Shown piece after piece: positions 37,757 to 48,234 of a stretch of DNA of 64,000 nucleotides; position 1 is the stretch's first letter; every line of letters starts with the position of its first letter. Under the pieces are notes generated by a model. It had not been told where the DNA came from. It worked only from the letters and a program-made list of their open reading frames with translations, and ran no database searches. This DNA comes from a virus. The position numbers were made by a program, and so were the translations under genes. The stretch lies in the IMG/VR virus record IMGVR_UViG_3300020421_000003, one strand, 5' to 3'.

Positions 37757-38373
37757 AAGGTTAATGCAGTGTCTTCATAACCAAATGGACCTTTAAGGAA
37801 ATAATTAAAGGCACATGAGTAGCGATCTTCTTCAGTGTCACTGGGTGACACATAGTGAGGCAAGTGAGATGGGAAGATAATAATAGTCCCCTCACATGGT
37901 TCGATTGGAAACTCCCGTTGATTAAGGTAGTTGCTCTCCATGATATCAGGTTGCACAGTGCTTGTCAAGTATGTTGGAAACATGGTGGGCATCCTCAGAC
38001 GAAACTCACCGCAGTTGGGTGGCACCTTAATATACAAACAACCGCTAAACATACTATTGACATGAGTATGCTCAGCGGCGCTATCACCAATGCCATGGTA
38101 ATTAATCCATGATGATTGATGTTGTAATCTGTGTTTACGACTGATTGTTAATGCTTCATGCACATATATGTCCATGTGTTGATCAACAATATCCTTGACA
38201 TCTAAGTGATTAGATAACCACTGTGTGTCCTGTGACATGAATCCATTCTTCTTATATGCACCATCTAGGGACATATCTTGCATGGGTGTCTTTTCTGCCC
38301 TCGTCAATACATCAGGGTCTAAATTAACAACGTCAATATAGACTGGTTGTGAGAAGAGAGGCAGGATTTCCAT
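37753..38373 (-). CDS. Fe(II)/2-oxoglutarate oxygenase (HxH type)
   Basis: LFSQPVY, SWIN, EHTHVNSMFSGCLY, IIFPSHLPHYV, RYSCAFN. Confidence 0.9.
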   Translation of the reverse strand: MEILPLFSQPVYIDVVNLDPDVLTRAEKTPMQDMSLDGAYKKNGFMSQDTQWLSNHLDVKDIVDQHMDIYVHEALTISRKHRLQHQSSWINYHGIGDSAAEHTHVNSMFSGCLYIKVPPNCGEFRLRMPTMFPTYLTSTVQPDIMESNYLNQREFPIEPCEGTIIIFPSHLPHYVSPSDTEEDRYSCAFNYFLKGPFGYEDTALTL

Positions 38374-38528
38374 TACAAATGCAGAGTGTCAACGATATTC
38401 TTTAGTGATTCATTTTGCACGGTTGTCATGTGTCCGTGTTTTTCATGTGCATTCTTCTGATATAAGAAGAGAGCGTGCTTCAACAATGATTTTTCTTGTT
38501 GAGATAGGATGGCAGACTTATTAAACAT
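38373..38528 (-). CDS. Small hypothetical protein (51 aa)
   Basis: Reads MFNKSAILSQQEKSLLKHALFLYQK...LKNIVDTLHL; GGAG RBS; TAATG overlap. Not in the ORF track. Confidence 0.6.
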   Translation of the reverse strand: MFNKSAILSQQEKSLLKHALFLYQKNAHEKHGHMTTVQNESLKNIVDTLHL

Positions 38529-38566
38529 GAGTGATACTCCGACATGAATATCTTATCGTATTCGGA

Positions 38567-39271
38567 TCATTTGTCCATGGATTGCCAAATCTTTTTCACG
38601 GTTTCAACATTTAATCCAGCGATACCTTGATCTTCAACGGGTGGCATATTATTTATTTCGTGATCAACAAACAGTTTATGTCTTGTCTCACTATCCATAT
38701 ATTTGAATGCCAAGATGTATCTGTTAAACATATACTTGGGCGTTGGTGGTCTACCAGTGTGAGGAATACGCCCGTCAAATATAACAACACGCCCAGGTCT
38801 AGGTGTCACAATACGTTGTGCCTCTAATTTATCATCATAGAATATAGTTTCACCACCCCAGTTTGCATTCCACTCTGCATTGAGATATACCAACACAGTC
38901 TTATTATCCTCTGCAAAGTATGGTGCATCACAATGAATCCCTGGGTTATCATTATACTTAAGCACGTTGATATATGCTGCATAACATTCATCGCGTGGTG
39001 GCATATCAGGTAACTTTGCTTCAAGATATGACAACACATCTTTCCACAATGGATTCTCACTACCATGCAATCCTGGAGATTGTAACTCATCAGGATCATC
39101 AACTGGACAATAGTTATAAAACTGGTGTGTCCAATACATCCCTGCTAGATCTAATTCAGGTTGTGATTGTGTGGGTGGCACATCAACTCTAGTGTAATAA
39201 TATGGGAGATGCACTACTTGAGAGAATAACTCCTCACTCACTACCTTAGTATCAAATACTTTAATTGACAT
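38567..39271 (-). CDS. Fe(II)/2-oxoglutarate oxygenase (prolyl-hydroxylase-like, HxD)
   Basis: IHCDAP, LVYLNAEWNANWGGET, PRPGRVVIFDGRIPHTG, RYILAFK. Confidence 0.9.
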   Translation of the reverse strand: MSIKVFDTKVVSEELFSQVVHLPYYYTRVDVPPTQSQPELDLAGMYWTHQFYNYCPVDDPDELQSPGLHGSENPLWKDVLSYLEAKLPDMPPRDECYAAYINVLKYNDNPGIHCDAPYFAEDNKTVLVYLNAEWNANWGGETIFYDDKLEAQRIVTPRPGRVVIFDGRIPHTGRPPTPKYMFNRYILAFKYMDSETRHKLFVDHEINNMPPVEDQGIAGLNVETVKKIWQSMDK

Positions 39272-39878
39272 AGTTACCCATCACATTCATGCTCATGACA
39301 TATCTATCTTTGTTTGTCTTATTAACTTCAGTCTTATGTGTCAACCATCCTGGGAAGAATAGCACATCATTAGTTTGCACATCGATATACTCCCAGTCCA
39401 TACCCATGTCATAATAATTATAGTCAAGAGGTTCTGATAGTTTATACTGGCAGTATGGATTCTTCACCATAAATCTACCACTACCCTCAGGCACTGATAG
39501 ATAAGCAGCACAGGCAACTGTGACATTCTGATGATGATGCTCATCAGTCCATGCACCATTGGGATGCACATTGATCCATGATTCTGACAGCATTTTATTC
39601 ATTGGAGTGAGATGCCATAGGTCCCAGATCCTATTAACACGCTCATAAAACCATGGCATAAAATCTTCAAACTCCTCCCATATATGAGGTGGAGTGATTC
39701 TATTAATGACTACACTTGTAGTGCCACCACCTTTCTCATGGGTTTCATATTTGTTATCGTCGATCACTTGTTGTGCTGCTACCATGTGACCCATGGTCCT
39801 TGCTTGTAGTTTTGAATCTTCAAAACCAAAGTCATACTTACATCGATGAATGATGGGAAATGGATTATACGATTTCAT
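39261..39878 (-). CDS. Fe(II)/2-oxoglutarate oxygenase (HxH type)
   Basis: ESWINVH, EHHHQN, LFFPGWLTHKT, RYVMSMN. Confidence 0.9.
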   Translation of the reverse strand: MKSYNPFPIIHRCKYDFGFEDSKLQARTMGHMVAAQQVIDDNKYETHEKGGGTTSVVINRITPPHIWEEFEDFMPWFYERVNRIWDLWHLTPMNKMLSESWINVHPNGAWTDEHHHQNVTVACAAYLSVPEGSGRFMVKNPYCQYKLSEPLDYNYYDMGMDWEYIDVQTNDVLFFPGWLTHKTEVNKTNKDRYVMSMNVMGNYVN

Positions 39879-40560
39879 GCCATCTCCTGTCTTTACGTTT
39901 CAAAGGACACATATGTTGCATTGGAATAGATACACTCAAACGTTTACCGCTAGGTTGTGCTTGGTGATAACATCTAGCGGGGATGTATAACATATCACCT
40001 GGCGTCATTATAACATCAATGGCACAATCTAGATAGTCATGCTCTGGGTTGTCATGTCTCTGTGACATTAGATTAGAGCAACGGTTATTATATACTTTCC
40101 AGTGTGTCTCTCCCTCTACTTGAATAATAAAATTATTAGCAAAGTCTTCATGAATTCTGAATGATTTAGTCTCACCTATACCAGCATATATGTGCATACT
40201 TGCCTGCACTGGAGGAAACATCTCCTCTACACTTTGCATGATATTCTGTCTCTTTTGATCAATGAAATCAAACTCATTGATGATAAGATTATGACCATCA
40301 TTAAACATCTTAACTAATGTCTCAGCATCAGGAGATGGTGGACCCCATGCTCTCTCATATACTGGGTAGTTTTCAAACGATGCAACAATTCTATTGATAA
40401 ACTGCATCTTAAAATGCTCAGGATGATTGAGACAATACTCTACATCTTGCCAAGTGCAGTAATAGTGAGGATCATCAATTACTCCCTTCCAATAGTGTGG
40501 CGTGTCATCAAGTGACCAGTCTTTGTTAAGACTCTGTAAAATCGAATAGATCATGCTCAC
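39865..40560 (-). CDS. JmjC/cupin-4 oxygenase (YcfD/NO66-like core)
   Basis: SFRIHED, FIIQVEGETHWKVY, MTPGDMLYIPARCYHQA, RLSVS. Confidence 0.88.
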   Translation of the reverse strand: MSMIYSILQSLNKDWSLDDTPHYWKGVIDDPHYYCTWQDVEYCLNHPEHFKMQFINRIVASFENYPVYERAWGPPSPDAETLVKMFNDGHNLIINEFDFIDQKRQNIMQSVEEMFPPVQASMHIYAGIGETKSFRIHEDFANNFIIQVEGETHWKVYNNRCSNLMSQRHDNPEHDYLDCAIDVIMTPGDMLYIPARCYHQAQPSGKRLSVSIPMQHMCPLKRKDRRWHEIV

Positions 40561-41179
40561 AAGTAAAATTTAGATTCAATATAACCCTGAATGGATTAGT
40601 TGTCGGGTTAGATGATGAGTGGAATTGATGACCATCAAATGCAAATAGTTTATTTGCTTTCGGTGTTGCTCTGAAGCACTCATTATATGACTGAGTTCTT
40701 GCTTTTGTCCAGCGTTGGTTAACATCACCATACATTGGATCATCATACTCATGAAAGAATACAGTGTCACCACTGCTGTCATGTAAGTAAAATAATGCTG
40801 CATAGTGATCACTCTCATGATCAGTATGTGGTCCGTTATGTGAGTCTTTACCGTTTGCTAGTTGTAATGCCAACCTAGCACGAAAGAATTGCACAGGATA
40901 AGGTAATGCATCACTCACACTATCTAGTAGTGGTTGAAACATAGGCAGAAATGGACTCTCTACGCCCTCCTGATCTAACAGTACATGAGTGAATCCCAGA
41001 GTCTTTTGCTCCTCTGGAATATCACCTAGATGCACATCACCAAACTGTGCAGTTTGAGGTGTGTAACTAATATCTTCAGATAGAAAAAACCATGGGAATC
41101 CATTCATCCCTGATGTCAACGTGTATAACCTCTGAAGGTAACTAGGGGTCAGTAGATCATCTACTTGGATATATTTCAT
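40526..41179 (-). CDS. Fe(II)/2-oxoglutarate oxygenase (HxD type)
   Basis: FPWFF, GPHTD, FYLHDSSGDTVFF, PKANKLFAFDGHQFHSSSNP, RVILNLN. Start trimmed to MKYIQVDD. Confidence 0.88.
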   Translation of the reverse strand: MKYIQVDDLLTPSYLQRLYTLTSGMNGFPWFFLSEDISYTPQTAQFGDVHLGDIPEEQKTLGFTHVLLDQEGVESPFLPMFQPLLDSVSDALPYPVQFFRARLALQLANGKDSHNGPHTDHESDHYAALFYLHDSSGDTVFFHEYDDPMYGDVNQRWTKARTQSYNECFRATPKANKLFAFDGHQFHSSSNPTTNPFRVILNLNFTCEHDLFDFTES

Positions 41180-41795
41180 GATAATGATTAGAAAATGCTG
41201 TAATATTAAATGATAGAGAGATCCTGTCACCTTCACCAGCAGACTTGCTGACTGCATGTTGTAACCATGCTGGAAAGATTACGAGTTGATCTTCTTCTGG
41301 AAACACATCATGCTCTGTCTCATTCATGTGATCCCATCGATGTACATTGTTACCATCACCCCAGTATTCTTTCATTTGTGAGTAACTAAGGTCACGAATG
41401 AATGAGAGATGACCATAACAACAGTCAGGTAGTTTCAAATAATATACACCAGACAACACACCACCAGGATGTGTGTGGACGTGATTAAATGCACCCTTGT
41501 TATTGATATTGATCCACATGTTGATCATCTTCAACGTGTAGTCATTGAATCCAAACTCATCAGCAGCAGCATATGCTCGCTCCATGATGGCGTTTCTAAT
41601 ATCTTTGAGTGGATTGATATCCATGACACTATCAATAAAGTCATGCGATTGCCATCCACCCATGTTGGATTGTTTACGACCCTCAGGGTCTTCATCCTTC
41701 ACACGATATACAAAATTAGTAAGAGATTCTCGGTCTATGCCTACATTATCAAACTTCCAAACAGGTGTTGGAAATATCAATTCAGTTTTCATCAC
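41157..41795 (-). CDS. Fe(II)/2-oxoglutarate oxygenase (HxH type, TIGR02466-like)
   Basis: IFPTPVW, SNMGGWQS, WININ..G.FNHVHTHPG..LSGVYY, IFPAWLQHAV, RISLSFN. Confidence 0.92.
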   Translation of the reverse strand: MMKTELIFPTPVWKFDNVGIDRESLTNFVYRVKDEDPEGRKQSNMGGWQSHDFIDSVMDINPLKDIRNAIMERAYAAADEFGFNDYTLKMINMWININNKGAFNHVHTHPGGVLSGVYYLKLPDCCYGHLSFIRDLSYSQMKEYWGDGNNVHRWDHMNETEHDVFPEEDQLVIFPAWLQHAVSKSAGEGDRISLSFNITAFSNHYHEIYPSR

Positions 41796-42169
41796 TCAGC
41801 AAAAGTAAACTCACGCTCAGTAACTTCTGGATCCACATGATTTTTATAGAGAGACAATGCTTCAACAGCACCTGATAGTTTATTCATCATATCTCTCTTG
41901 ATTTGCAATTCTTCCAGTGAGATCTTTGTAATCGTAGAAGTGTAATGCATGTTATCAAGTGCTTCCTGCAGTTTGATATACTCTTCCTTGACATCATCAT
42001 ACTGTTGGATGAAATTCATGACGAGTTGATCAAAAGTGATAAGTCCTTCAATCTCTTCTAGGACTCCTTTCTTTTCTTCTTCAGTTGCAACTCCTGCCTG
42101 TGTAGCAAGATCCACTTCAAGCACATCTTGCACGCCTGGTGCAGTGATCTGCGATTCTTCTTTTGCCAT
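41792..42169 (-). CDS. Hypothetical coiled-coil protein
   Basis: 125 aa, acidic and helical, embedded in the oxygenase operon. Confidence 0.75.
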   Translation of the reverse strand: MAKEESQITAPGVQDVLEVDLATQAGVATEEEKKGVLEEIEGLITFDQLVMNFIQQYDDVKEEYIKLQEALDNMHYTSTITKISLEELQIKRDMMNKLSGAVEALSLYKNHVDPEVTEREFTFAE

Positions 42170-42171
42170 AG

Positions 42172-43059
42172 TTACATAAACCTCTTGATGTTTTTATTTA
42201 GTGCAAGGATTACCTTGTGTGATGCAATGCGCTCCTTGATGGTTTCCATCTCCATAAAATGTTTATGTCGTTGGTATTCCATGATAGCATTGTTTTCAAA
42301 GTCTGCCTCATTGGCAGTCTCGCAATGAAAATCAATGTTCCTATTACTTAGGAGACTTCTATGCACTGGCACCCATTGACAGAGTGGAGTGCCTGCTTTA
42401 ATTAGATACTCACCCTCCTCAATCTTGTGCCAGAATAGTTGTAAGTTAATCTCGTATGAATACGATGGATCAACTATACCTGTAGGTGGTGTGAATCTAT
42501 CCTCATCCCAATAGGGAATAGGCATTTGAATAAACACAATATCAGGGTGTGCTTGTACTCTCCATGGCAATTCTAGTTTAATTGTCCAGTCAAGTACATC
42601 TTTCTGCTGGTTAACTAACTCACGCACACCTGTAGTCTGCTCAGGTATATGTGCTGACACATATTTGCCTGGATTACCTGGACCACCTGTTTTTGTGCAG
42701 AATCTCATTTGTGAGATCCATTGAAAGTTTACACCCGTGCCATCAGTCTTGATCAGAATATCAGCAGGACATTTTAACACATAACCTGAGTCCATAACAT
42801 CACGCAATGCAGGGCATGTTACGGCATGTTCGTATAACTCAGGGATGCTATCATCTCCTCTTAATTCAGCAGACATTCTCTCCCAGAGTTTAGTCACCCT
42901 GAGATATGGGCAGCGTTTCTCTTTACTAGCAGTCTGCTTTAGTGCTTCTGTCCGCCACTTACGATGCAGTTTTGCTGCAGGTATCCATGGTTGCAATTCA
43001 GCAACTCCAGGATCAACGGAATAGAATCTAACCCACGGTTTCTTCTTCTTGAAGATCAT
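42172..43059 (-). CDS. Hypothetical beta-clip (dUTPase-like fold) protein associated with oxygenase clusters
   Basis: CPALRDVMDSGYVL, KLELPW, GIVD, IKAGTPLCQWVP pattern. Confidence 0.65.
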   Translation of the reverse strand: MIFKKKKPWVRFYSVDPGVAELQPWIPAAKLHRKWRTEALKQTASKEKRCPYLRVTKLWERMSAELRGDDSIPELYEHAVTCPALRDVMDSGYVLKCPADILIKTDGTGVNFQWISQMRFCTKTGGPGNPGKYVSAHIPEQTTGVRELVNQQKDVLDWTIKLELPWRVQAHPDIVFIQMPIPYWDEDRFTPPTGIVDPSYSYEINLQLFWHKIEEGEYLIKAGTPLCQWVPVHRSLLSNRNIDFHCETANEADFENNAIMEYQRHKHFMEMETIKERIASHKVILALNKNIKRFM

Positions 43060-44641
43060 AAATGTTGTCCCTCAGGTACTCATAGTGTGATGGTAGTTGA
43101 TCAACCCAGTCGATCATCATTTTGCGGTCTTGTTGGTATTTAGTATGAATATCATGGATGTCATCCATCCACTCATCTAATTCAGGGGCAGTAGACTTCT
43201 TCTCGTGATACATTCCTTCTGAGAATGGACGATAACCCTGACCAGCAGCAATGTAGATAGATCCACTATGTTGCTCCAGGTTATTGAATGCATTCTCCAT
43301 ACCTTCAAGCATAACAACTGTATTACCATGAGCAACCCTAGTTGAATGTCTCCATGTAGGGTCAATATCAAAGTTAATGTTAGTGCAATCTCTCCAGTAT
43401 TGGTTGTCATCACGTTGACTGAGTGCATAGTGAAGTGCAACGAAACACTTCATTGCTTCAATCATGTTATCACAACTGTAGTTAAATGCATCCTGCTCCA
43501 TTCTAGCATAGAATCCCTGTCTTTTCTCTAAAACATCACACAACAGCAAGACATTCTCGTGTGTTGTCATCAGTCCAGTAGATTCTAGAGGTTCTAAGAA
43601 TGCATAGGACAATCCAATGCCCACAACATTCTTAACCCATGCCTTATTACGTTTACCATGTTTAATATCAATCTTGCGTAGTTTGGCATCTTTAGCAATT
43701 TCAGGCGTATATCTCTCACTGAGATACTCTCTAAACTCTACCTCTGCCTCACACTCATTGATATAATCAGACGAGTAAACATATCCTGTGCCAACACGAT
43801 TCCATAGTGGGATATTCCATACCCATCCTGCATCCATTGCAACACAGTCAGTATATGTTTCCATCTGATTCTCACGATCAGAGTATGGAATCTGTGTTGC
43901 TAGTGCTGTATCATTGAATAGTTTATCCTTGAATGATATAAACTCACTACCCATATGCTGCTCAAGTAACAGTGACTTGAAACCTGTGCAGTCAATGTAT
44001 AGATCAGCACGAATCAATCCATCCTGATCAGTAACAAGTGAGTCAATACTACCATCAGGATTCTTCATTACCTTCTCAATTGTGCCCTTGAGATGTAACA
44101 CACCATTAGGAATACAGATAGTATCTCTTAGATAGTTACCAAACAATCCTGCATCAAAATGATATGCAGTATCCTTATCCATATTATAGATGCAGTCAGG
44201 AATAGCATCAGCAGAGATCTTACATTGATCTGCTAAGTATGTCTGACTGTTGGCAAAGTTAGCAAATTGCTCTGGTGGATACTTCTCCATACCATATTCA
44301 CATTGCAACTCAAAGTATCTCATCAATGAGTCTTTATAATCAAATAGATCAAACTCTCCGAATGGATATTGGAATCTCTCTCCCTTACCATCTCTGAAAT
44401 TCTTAAATGCAATTGATGTCTTGTAAGTTGCATTACATGCAGGCATCCAGTCTTTATCTTTCAATCCCAATCTTCTTAGGAATCGATTAAAGTGACCCAA
44501 TGTAGATTCACCCACACCAATTGGTCCCTCAGCACCTTCAATCAGACCAATCTGCATCTTAGGGAATGTTTTGGATAACATTGCTGCTGTCATCCAACCA
44601 CTGCTACCACCACCAACAATAACAATAGATTCAACTCGCAT
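43028..44641 (-). CDS. Flavin-dependent halogenase (tryptophan halogenase/PrnA family)
   Basis: IVGGGSSGW (FAD binding), GVGEST, ATYK (catalytic Lys), AYHFDA, IDCTGF, GWVWNIP, FLEPLESTG. Confidence 0.93.
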   Translation of the reverse strand: MRVESIVIVGGGSSGWMTAAMLSKTFPKMQIGLIEGAEGPIGVGESTLGHFNRFLRRLGLKDKDWMPACNATYKTSIAFKNFRDGKGERFQYPFGEFDLFDYKDSLMRYFELQCEYGMEKYPPEQFANFANSQTYLADQCKISADAIPDCIYNMDKDTAYHFDAGLFGNYLRDTICIPNGVLHLKGTIEKVMKNPDGSIDSLVTDQDGLIRADLYIDCTGFKSLLLEQHMGSEFISFKDKLFNDTALATQIPYSDRENQMETYTDCVAMDAGWVWNIPLWNRVGTGYVYSSDYINECEAEVEFREYLSERYTPEIAKDAKLRKIDIKHGKRNKAWVKNVVGIGLSYAFLEPLESTGLMTTHENVLLLCDVLEKRQGFYARMEQDAFNYSCDNMIEAMKCFVALHYALSQRDDNQYWRDCTNINFDIDPTWRHSTRVAHGNTVVMLEGMENAFNNLEQHSGSIYIAAGQGYRPFSEGMYHEKKSTAPELDEWMDDIHDIHTKYQQDRKMMIDWVDQLPSHYEYLRDNIYDLQEEETVG

Positions 44642-46076
44642 ATAATGTCCTCAAATAATAATTAAGCGGTGTCGTCATAGTATCTATACCCTCGTAGGGA
44701 GGGATCTCAAAGGTATTTGCACGAGCATTAGTAGGCACACCACCGAAGAATTCCATCTCATCTAGTATAACATCATTAAATGGATTCCATCCATGTCCTG
44801 CCATCACACACAACAATGAATCACTCTCCCATGTAATCTTGATCGGGAAGTGAATCGATTGCTCCATATAATTGATCTGGGCAGACTTAAACAGATTATC
44901 ATATGGATATCTGATATTAGAAACTGCTCTCCAATATGGTGAGTCATTACGTTGAGTCATTGCATAATGCAGTGCAACGAAAGATGCAAACCCATCAAAA
45001 TTATAGTTGGAGTTGTTATTGAAGGTGTCTCTCATAAACTGAGTGACATGATCCTTACCTGCCATTACTCGGCAGAATTGTGTCAAGAATGTGTGTGTAG
45101 ATAGCAGACCATTTGACTCTAGAGGTTCGATAAATCCTGCACTCAAACCAATAGAAACAACCTTACCATTCCATATCTCTTTCTTACGTCCTGTCTTATA
45201 TTCTATCAGTCTGAATCCATGCTCATCGGGATTAACCTTGAGGTGAGTTGCAAACTCCTGTAGTGCATCATCTGTAGAGATATACTTATCACAGAAATTA
45301 TATCCTGTGCCAATTCTCTCCCATGTTGGTACATTCCATACCCATCCTGATGACAATGCAGTGCAATCAGTGACAGGTTTCAACTGCTCCTCTTTATTAG
45401 TATAAGGGAGACGTGTTACCCATGCTCTATTATTAGGTAGGTAGTCACTGTAATCAATCCACTCACTATCATTCAGCAGTGATTTGAATCCAGTGCAATC
45501 AAAGAATAGATCATAGTCTTCATTCAATATATCCCTAGTTAGATGCTCCTGCTCATACCTTACACCACGAGGTATTGCATAGTTTTCCTTCAACCAGTTT
45601 GCAAACTTAACTGCATCAAAGTGAAACCCTGTTTGTCCACCAATCTTAAAGTATTCATGATCAACAGGCAGCAAATTCTTTTCAGCACAATATGCTGTCA
45701 CATAAAAGTCTTTGGCAAACTGATCATTAGTCCACCCACGTTTTGCCTGAGCATACCACCACACATCTGGTGGGATATCAGTATCAGTTCTTGGTTGACC
45801 AAAAGGATACTGCCAAGGTCTATCACCAACTTTATTAAAATTATGAAACCTTACACTAATCTTATAGGTTGCATCACATGCAGTCATCCACTCTTCATCT
45901 TTAAGACCTAGGAAGTGCAACCACTGTCTAAACAACTGCGTTGTAGATTCACCCACGCCAACACTGGCAACTTTGGGCGATTCAATCAGGGTTATATCCC
46001 AATCTGGAAATGCTTTTACAAGAGTAGAGGCGGTCATCCAACCAGACGATCCGCCACCAACAATACAAATTTTCAT
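44631..46076 (-). CDS. Flavin-dependent halogenase (tryptophan halogenase/PrnA family), second paralogue
   Basis: IVGGGSSGW, GVGEST, ATYK, GFHFDA, FDCTGF, GWVWNVP, FIEPLESNG. Confidence 0.93.
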   Translation of the reverse strand: MKICIVGGGSSGWMTASTLVKAFPDWDITLIESPKVASVGVGESTTQLFRQWLHFLGLKDEEWMTACDATYKISVRFHNFNKVGDRPWQYPFGQPRTDTDIPPDVWWYAQAKRGWTNDQFAKDFYVTAYCAEKNLLPVDHEYFKIGGQTGFHFDAVKFANWLKENYAIPRGVRYEQEHLTRDILNEDYDLFFDCTGFKSLLNDSEWIDYSDYLPNNRAWVTRLPYTNKEEQLKPVTDCTALSSGWVWNVPTWERIGTGYNFCDKYISTDDALQEFATHLKVNPDEHGFRLIEYKTGRKKEIWNGKVVSIGLSAGFIEPLESNGLLSTHTFLTQFCRVMAGKDHVTQFMRDTFNNNSNYNFDGFASFVALHYAMTQRNDSPYWRAVSNIRYPYDNLFKSAQINYMEQSIHFPIKITWESDSLLCVMAGHGWNPFNDVILDEMEFFGGVPTNARANTFEIPPYEGIDTMTTPLNYYLRTLYAS

Positions 46077-46111
46077 ATAATAAAGAAAGTCTTAGACTTT
46101 AGATCACTATC

Positions 46112-46540
46112 TTACACAGGTGGAGTCCAGTTGTCAACCCATTGATCCCATGCTTTACGTCCTTCAAGTTGTGAGTGCTTAGGATTAGGCACGTATTCAG
46201 GAATACTACTAGGTGAAGTTGTGGTTGCTCTTACATTAGCAATGTGATCTTTCCAACGTGTGCCACCATCTAACTGATCCAAATACTGCATCTCTAGTTG
46301 CTCACCAGTGGTGCCATATCCTAGGACACGGGTAACAGTTGCACGCTCTTTGTGATCCTCAAGGTCATCTCTATGGACACATACGCCATTGATCATACTG
46401 TGCTCATAGGTGACATCATCAGGTACTGGCACCCACTTCATGTTAGCGTCTGGACCTTCATAGATCTCAAACTTATCTTCTTCATCGCAGATGTCGTTAA
46501 GTTGACCTGTCGCTGCGTCGCAGATTGCCCATTTAGCCAT
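46112..46540 (-). CDS. Tail fibre assembly/chaperone-like protein
   Basis: R...YGTTGEQLEMQYLD..G..RWKDHIANVR motif of small proteins that follow fibre genes; AAGGAG RBS. Confidence 0.55.
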   Translation of the reverse strand: MAKWAICDAATGQLNDICDEEDKFEIYEGPDANMKWVPVPDDVTYEHSMINGVCVHRDDLEDHKERATVTRVLGYGTTGEQLEMQYLDQLDGGTRWKDHIANVRATTTSPSSIPEYVPNPKHSQLEGRKAWDQWVDNWTPPV

Positions 46541-46565
46541 GATAGATTAAAATCTCCTTCGTTGT

Positions 46566-46572
46566 TATTTAT
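46566..46572 (-). promoter_or_regulatory. T4-type late promoter ATAAATA
   Basis: Overlaps the end of the 46572 gene, 26 nt before the next ATG. Identical motifs upstream of genes at 20153, 20263, 47402, 48232, 49067, 54939, 58565 and 63849. Confidence 0.75.
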
Positions 46573-47381
46573 CAGCTGTAGTATTCGTAAACTACAACTA
46601 CACCTTCACGTCCTCTAGCACCTCTGTTACCGTGCTGAGATCCGTTACCACCCGCGCCCCATGCGGCGTGTGATTGGTGTCTATGTGAATAGTTGCCTTG
46701 GTTGTGTGATGATGGTTGAGATCCACCCATGAAGGATGATCCACCAGAGTGGTTGCCATAACTATAGTGAGATCCGTGACCATTGCCACCTCCACCATAG
46801 ATATTCAGGGTGCCACCTGACCCATTGCCACCGATACCACCAGCATGTTGCTGACGGCAGTTTGCGCCGTATCCGCCCGATGCTGAGCAGAATGATCCAA
46901 AACTTGATGAGTTACCGTTACCACCACATCCAGCGTAGTTTGTACCACCGCCAGGACTACCGATAGTAACTGAAACACTCGAAGTGTTAGTTACATCAAT
47001 AACTCTCTCTGCCATACCACCAGCACCTGCTGATTCACAATAACCTGATCCCCCGCCACCAGCGCCGACTACGACGACTTTAATTGATGCAACACCACTA
47101 GGTCTAGACCATGTGCCATTAGATGTCCACACTTGCATGGACCTGAATCCACCTGTAGCAGAAACTCCTGACCATTGTAGACTACTACCATTGGTAGATA
47201 GATACTTACCACTTTGTCCCGAAAGCGACGGGATCACATAAGTAGATGCCCCCGAAATACTGCCGTTAATGTTAAGGTTGGTGACCTTTAATTCACCGTT
47301 CGCAGTAATTTGACCACTGTTGAGGGTAAATCCACCCACACCAGAAGGATCTCGTACTGTAGTAACTTTTAAGACGCTCAT
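46572..47381 (-). CDS. Gly/His-rich adhesin-like fibre protein, copy 3
   Basis: 269 aa; MQVWTSNGTW.RP and VVVVGAGGGG..GVVVV.E bracket a glycine-rich domain; paralogue of both upstream genes. Confidence 0.8.
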   Translation of the reverse strand: MSVLKVTTVRDPSGVGGFTLNSGQITANGELKVTNLNINGSISGASTYVIPSLSGQSGKYLSTNGSSLQWSGVSATGGFRSMQVWTSNGTWSRPSGVASIKVVVVGAGGGGSGYCESAGAGGMAERVIDVTNTSSVSVTIGSPGGGTNYAGCGGNGNSSSFGSFCSASGGYGANCRQQHAGGIGGNGSGGTLNIYGGGGNGHGSHYSYGNHSGGSSFMGGSQPSSHNQGNYSHRHQSHAAWGAGGNGSQHGNRGARGREGVVVVYEYYS

Positions 47382-47404
47382 TTCGTAATGCCTTGACTTA
47401 GTAT

Positions 47405-48214
47405 TTATCCGAAGAATTCTTGGACTACAACTACACCCTCACGACCTCTAGCACCTCGGTTACCATGCTGAGATCCATTGCCACCAGCACCCCACGCGGC
47501 GTGAGATTGGTGTCTATGGGAATAGTTTGATTGACCATGAGACGATGGTTGTCCACCACCATAGTATGATCTACCAGAGGAATGGTTACCGTAACTGTGG
47601 TGTGATCCATGACCATTACCACCGCCACCGTATACATTTAGGGTGCCACCTGATCCATTACCACCAATGCCACCTGCGTGCTGTTGACGACAGTTAGCAC
47701 CATATCCACCAGATGCAGAGCAATAACTACCGAAAGAAGATGAGTTACCGTTACCACCACATCCTGCATAGTTTGTGCCACCACCAGGACTACCAACAGT
47801 AACTGAAACTGATGAGATATTAGTTACATCAATTACTCTTTCAGCGGTGCCACCAGCACCAGCGGACTCAGTATATCCACTGCCACCACCACCTGCTCCA
47901 GTAACAGTCACGATGATAGATTTACAGTTACTAGGTCTAGTCCATGTGCCATTAGATGTCCACACTTGCATAGATCTAATACCAGATCCACCACCAGCAC
48001 CTGCCCATTCAAGACCAGATGCACCTGCTCTCAGGTATTTGCCTTCGTTACCAGACATATTAGGAATAATGTAATCACTATTACCTGAGATCTTACCGTT
48101 GATGACGATGTTAGAGACCGTCAACGTCCCGATAGCGTGGATTTTACCTGTAGAAAGGAGAAACCCAGAGTTATCAGAAAGATCTTTAATAGATGATACT
48201 CTAATCTGTGACAT
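47405..48214 (-). CDS. Gly/His-rich adhesin-like fibre protein, copy 2
   Basis: 269 aa, colinear with copies 1 and 3. Confidence 0.8.
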   Translation of the reverse strand: MSQIRVSSIKDLSDNSGFLLSTGKIHAIGTLTVSNIVINGKISGNSDYIIPNMSGNEGKYLRAGASGLEWAGAGGGSGIRSMQVWTSNGTWTRPSNCKSIIVTVTGAGGGGSGYTESAGAGGTAERVIDVTNISSVSVTVGSPGGGTNYAGCGGNGNSSSFGSYCSASGGYGANCRQQHAGGIGGNGSGGTLNVYGGGGNGHGSHHSYGNHSSGRSYYGGGQPSSHGQSNYSHRHQSHAAWGAGGNGSQHGNRGARGREGVVVVQEFFG

Positions 48215-48234
48215 AATAGTCTCTTTTTTAGTAT

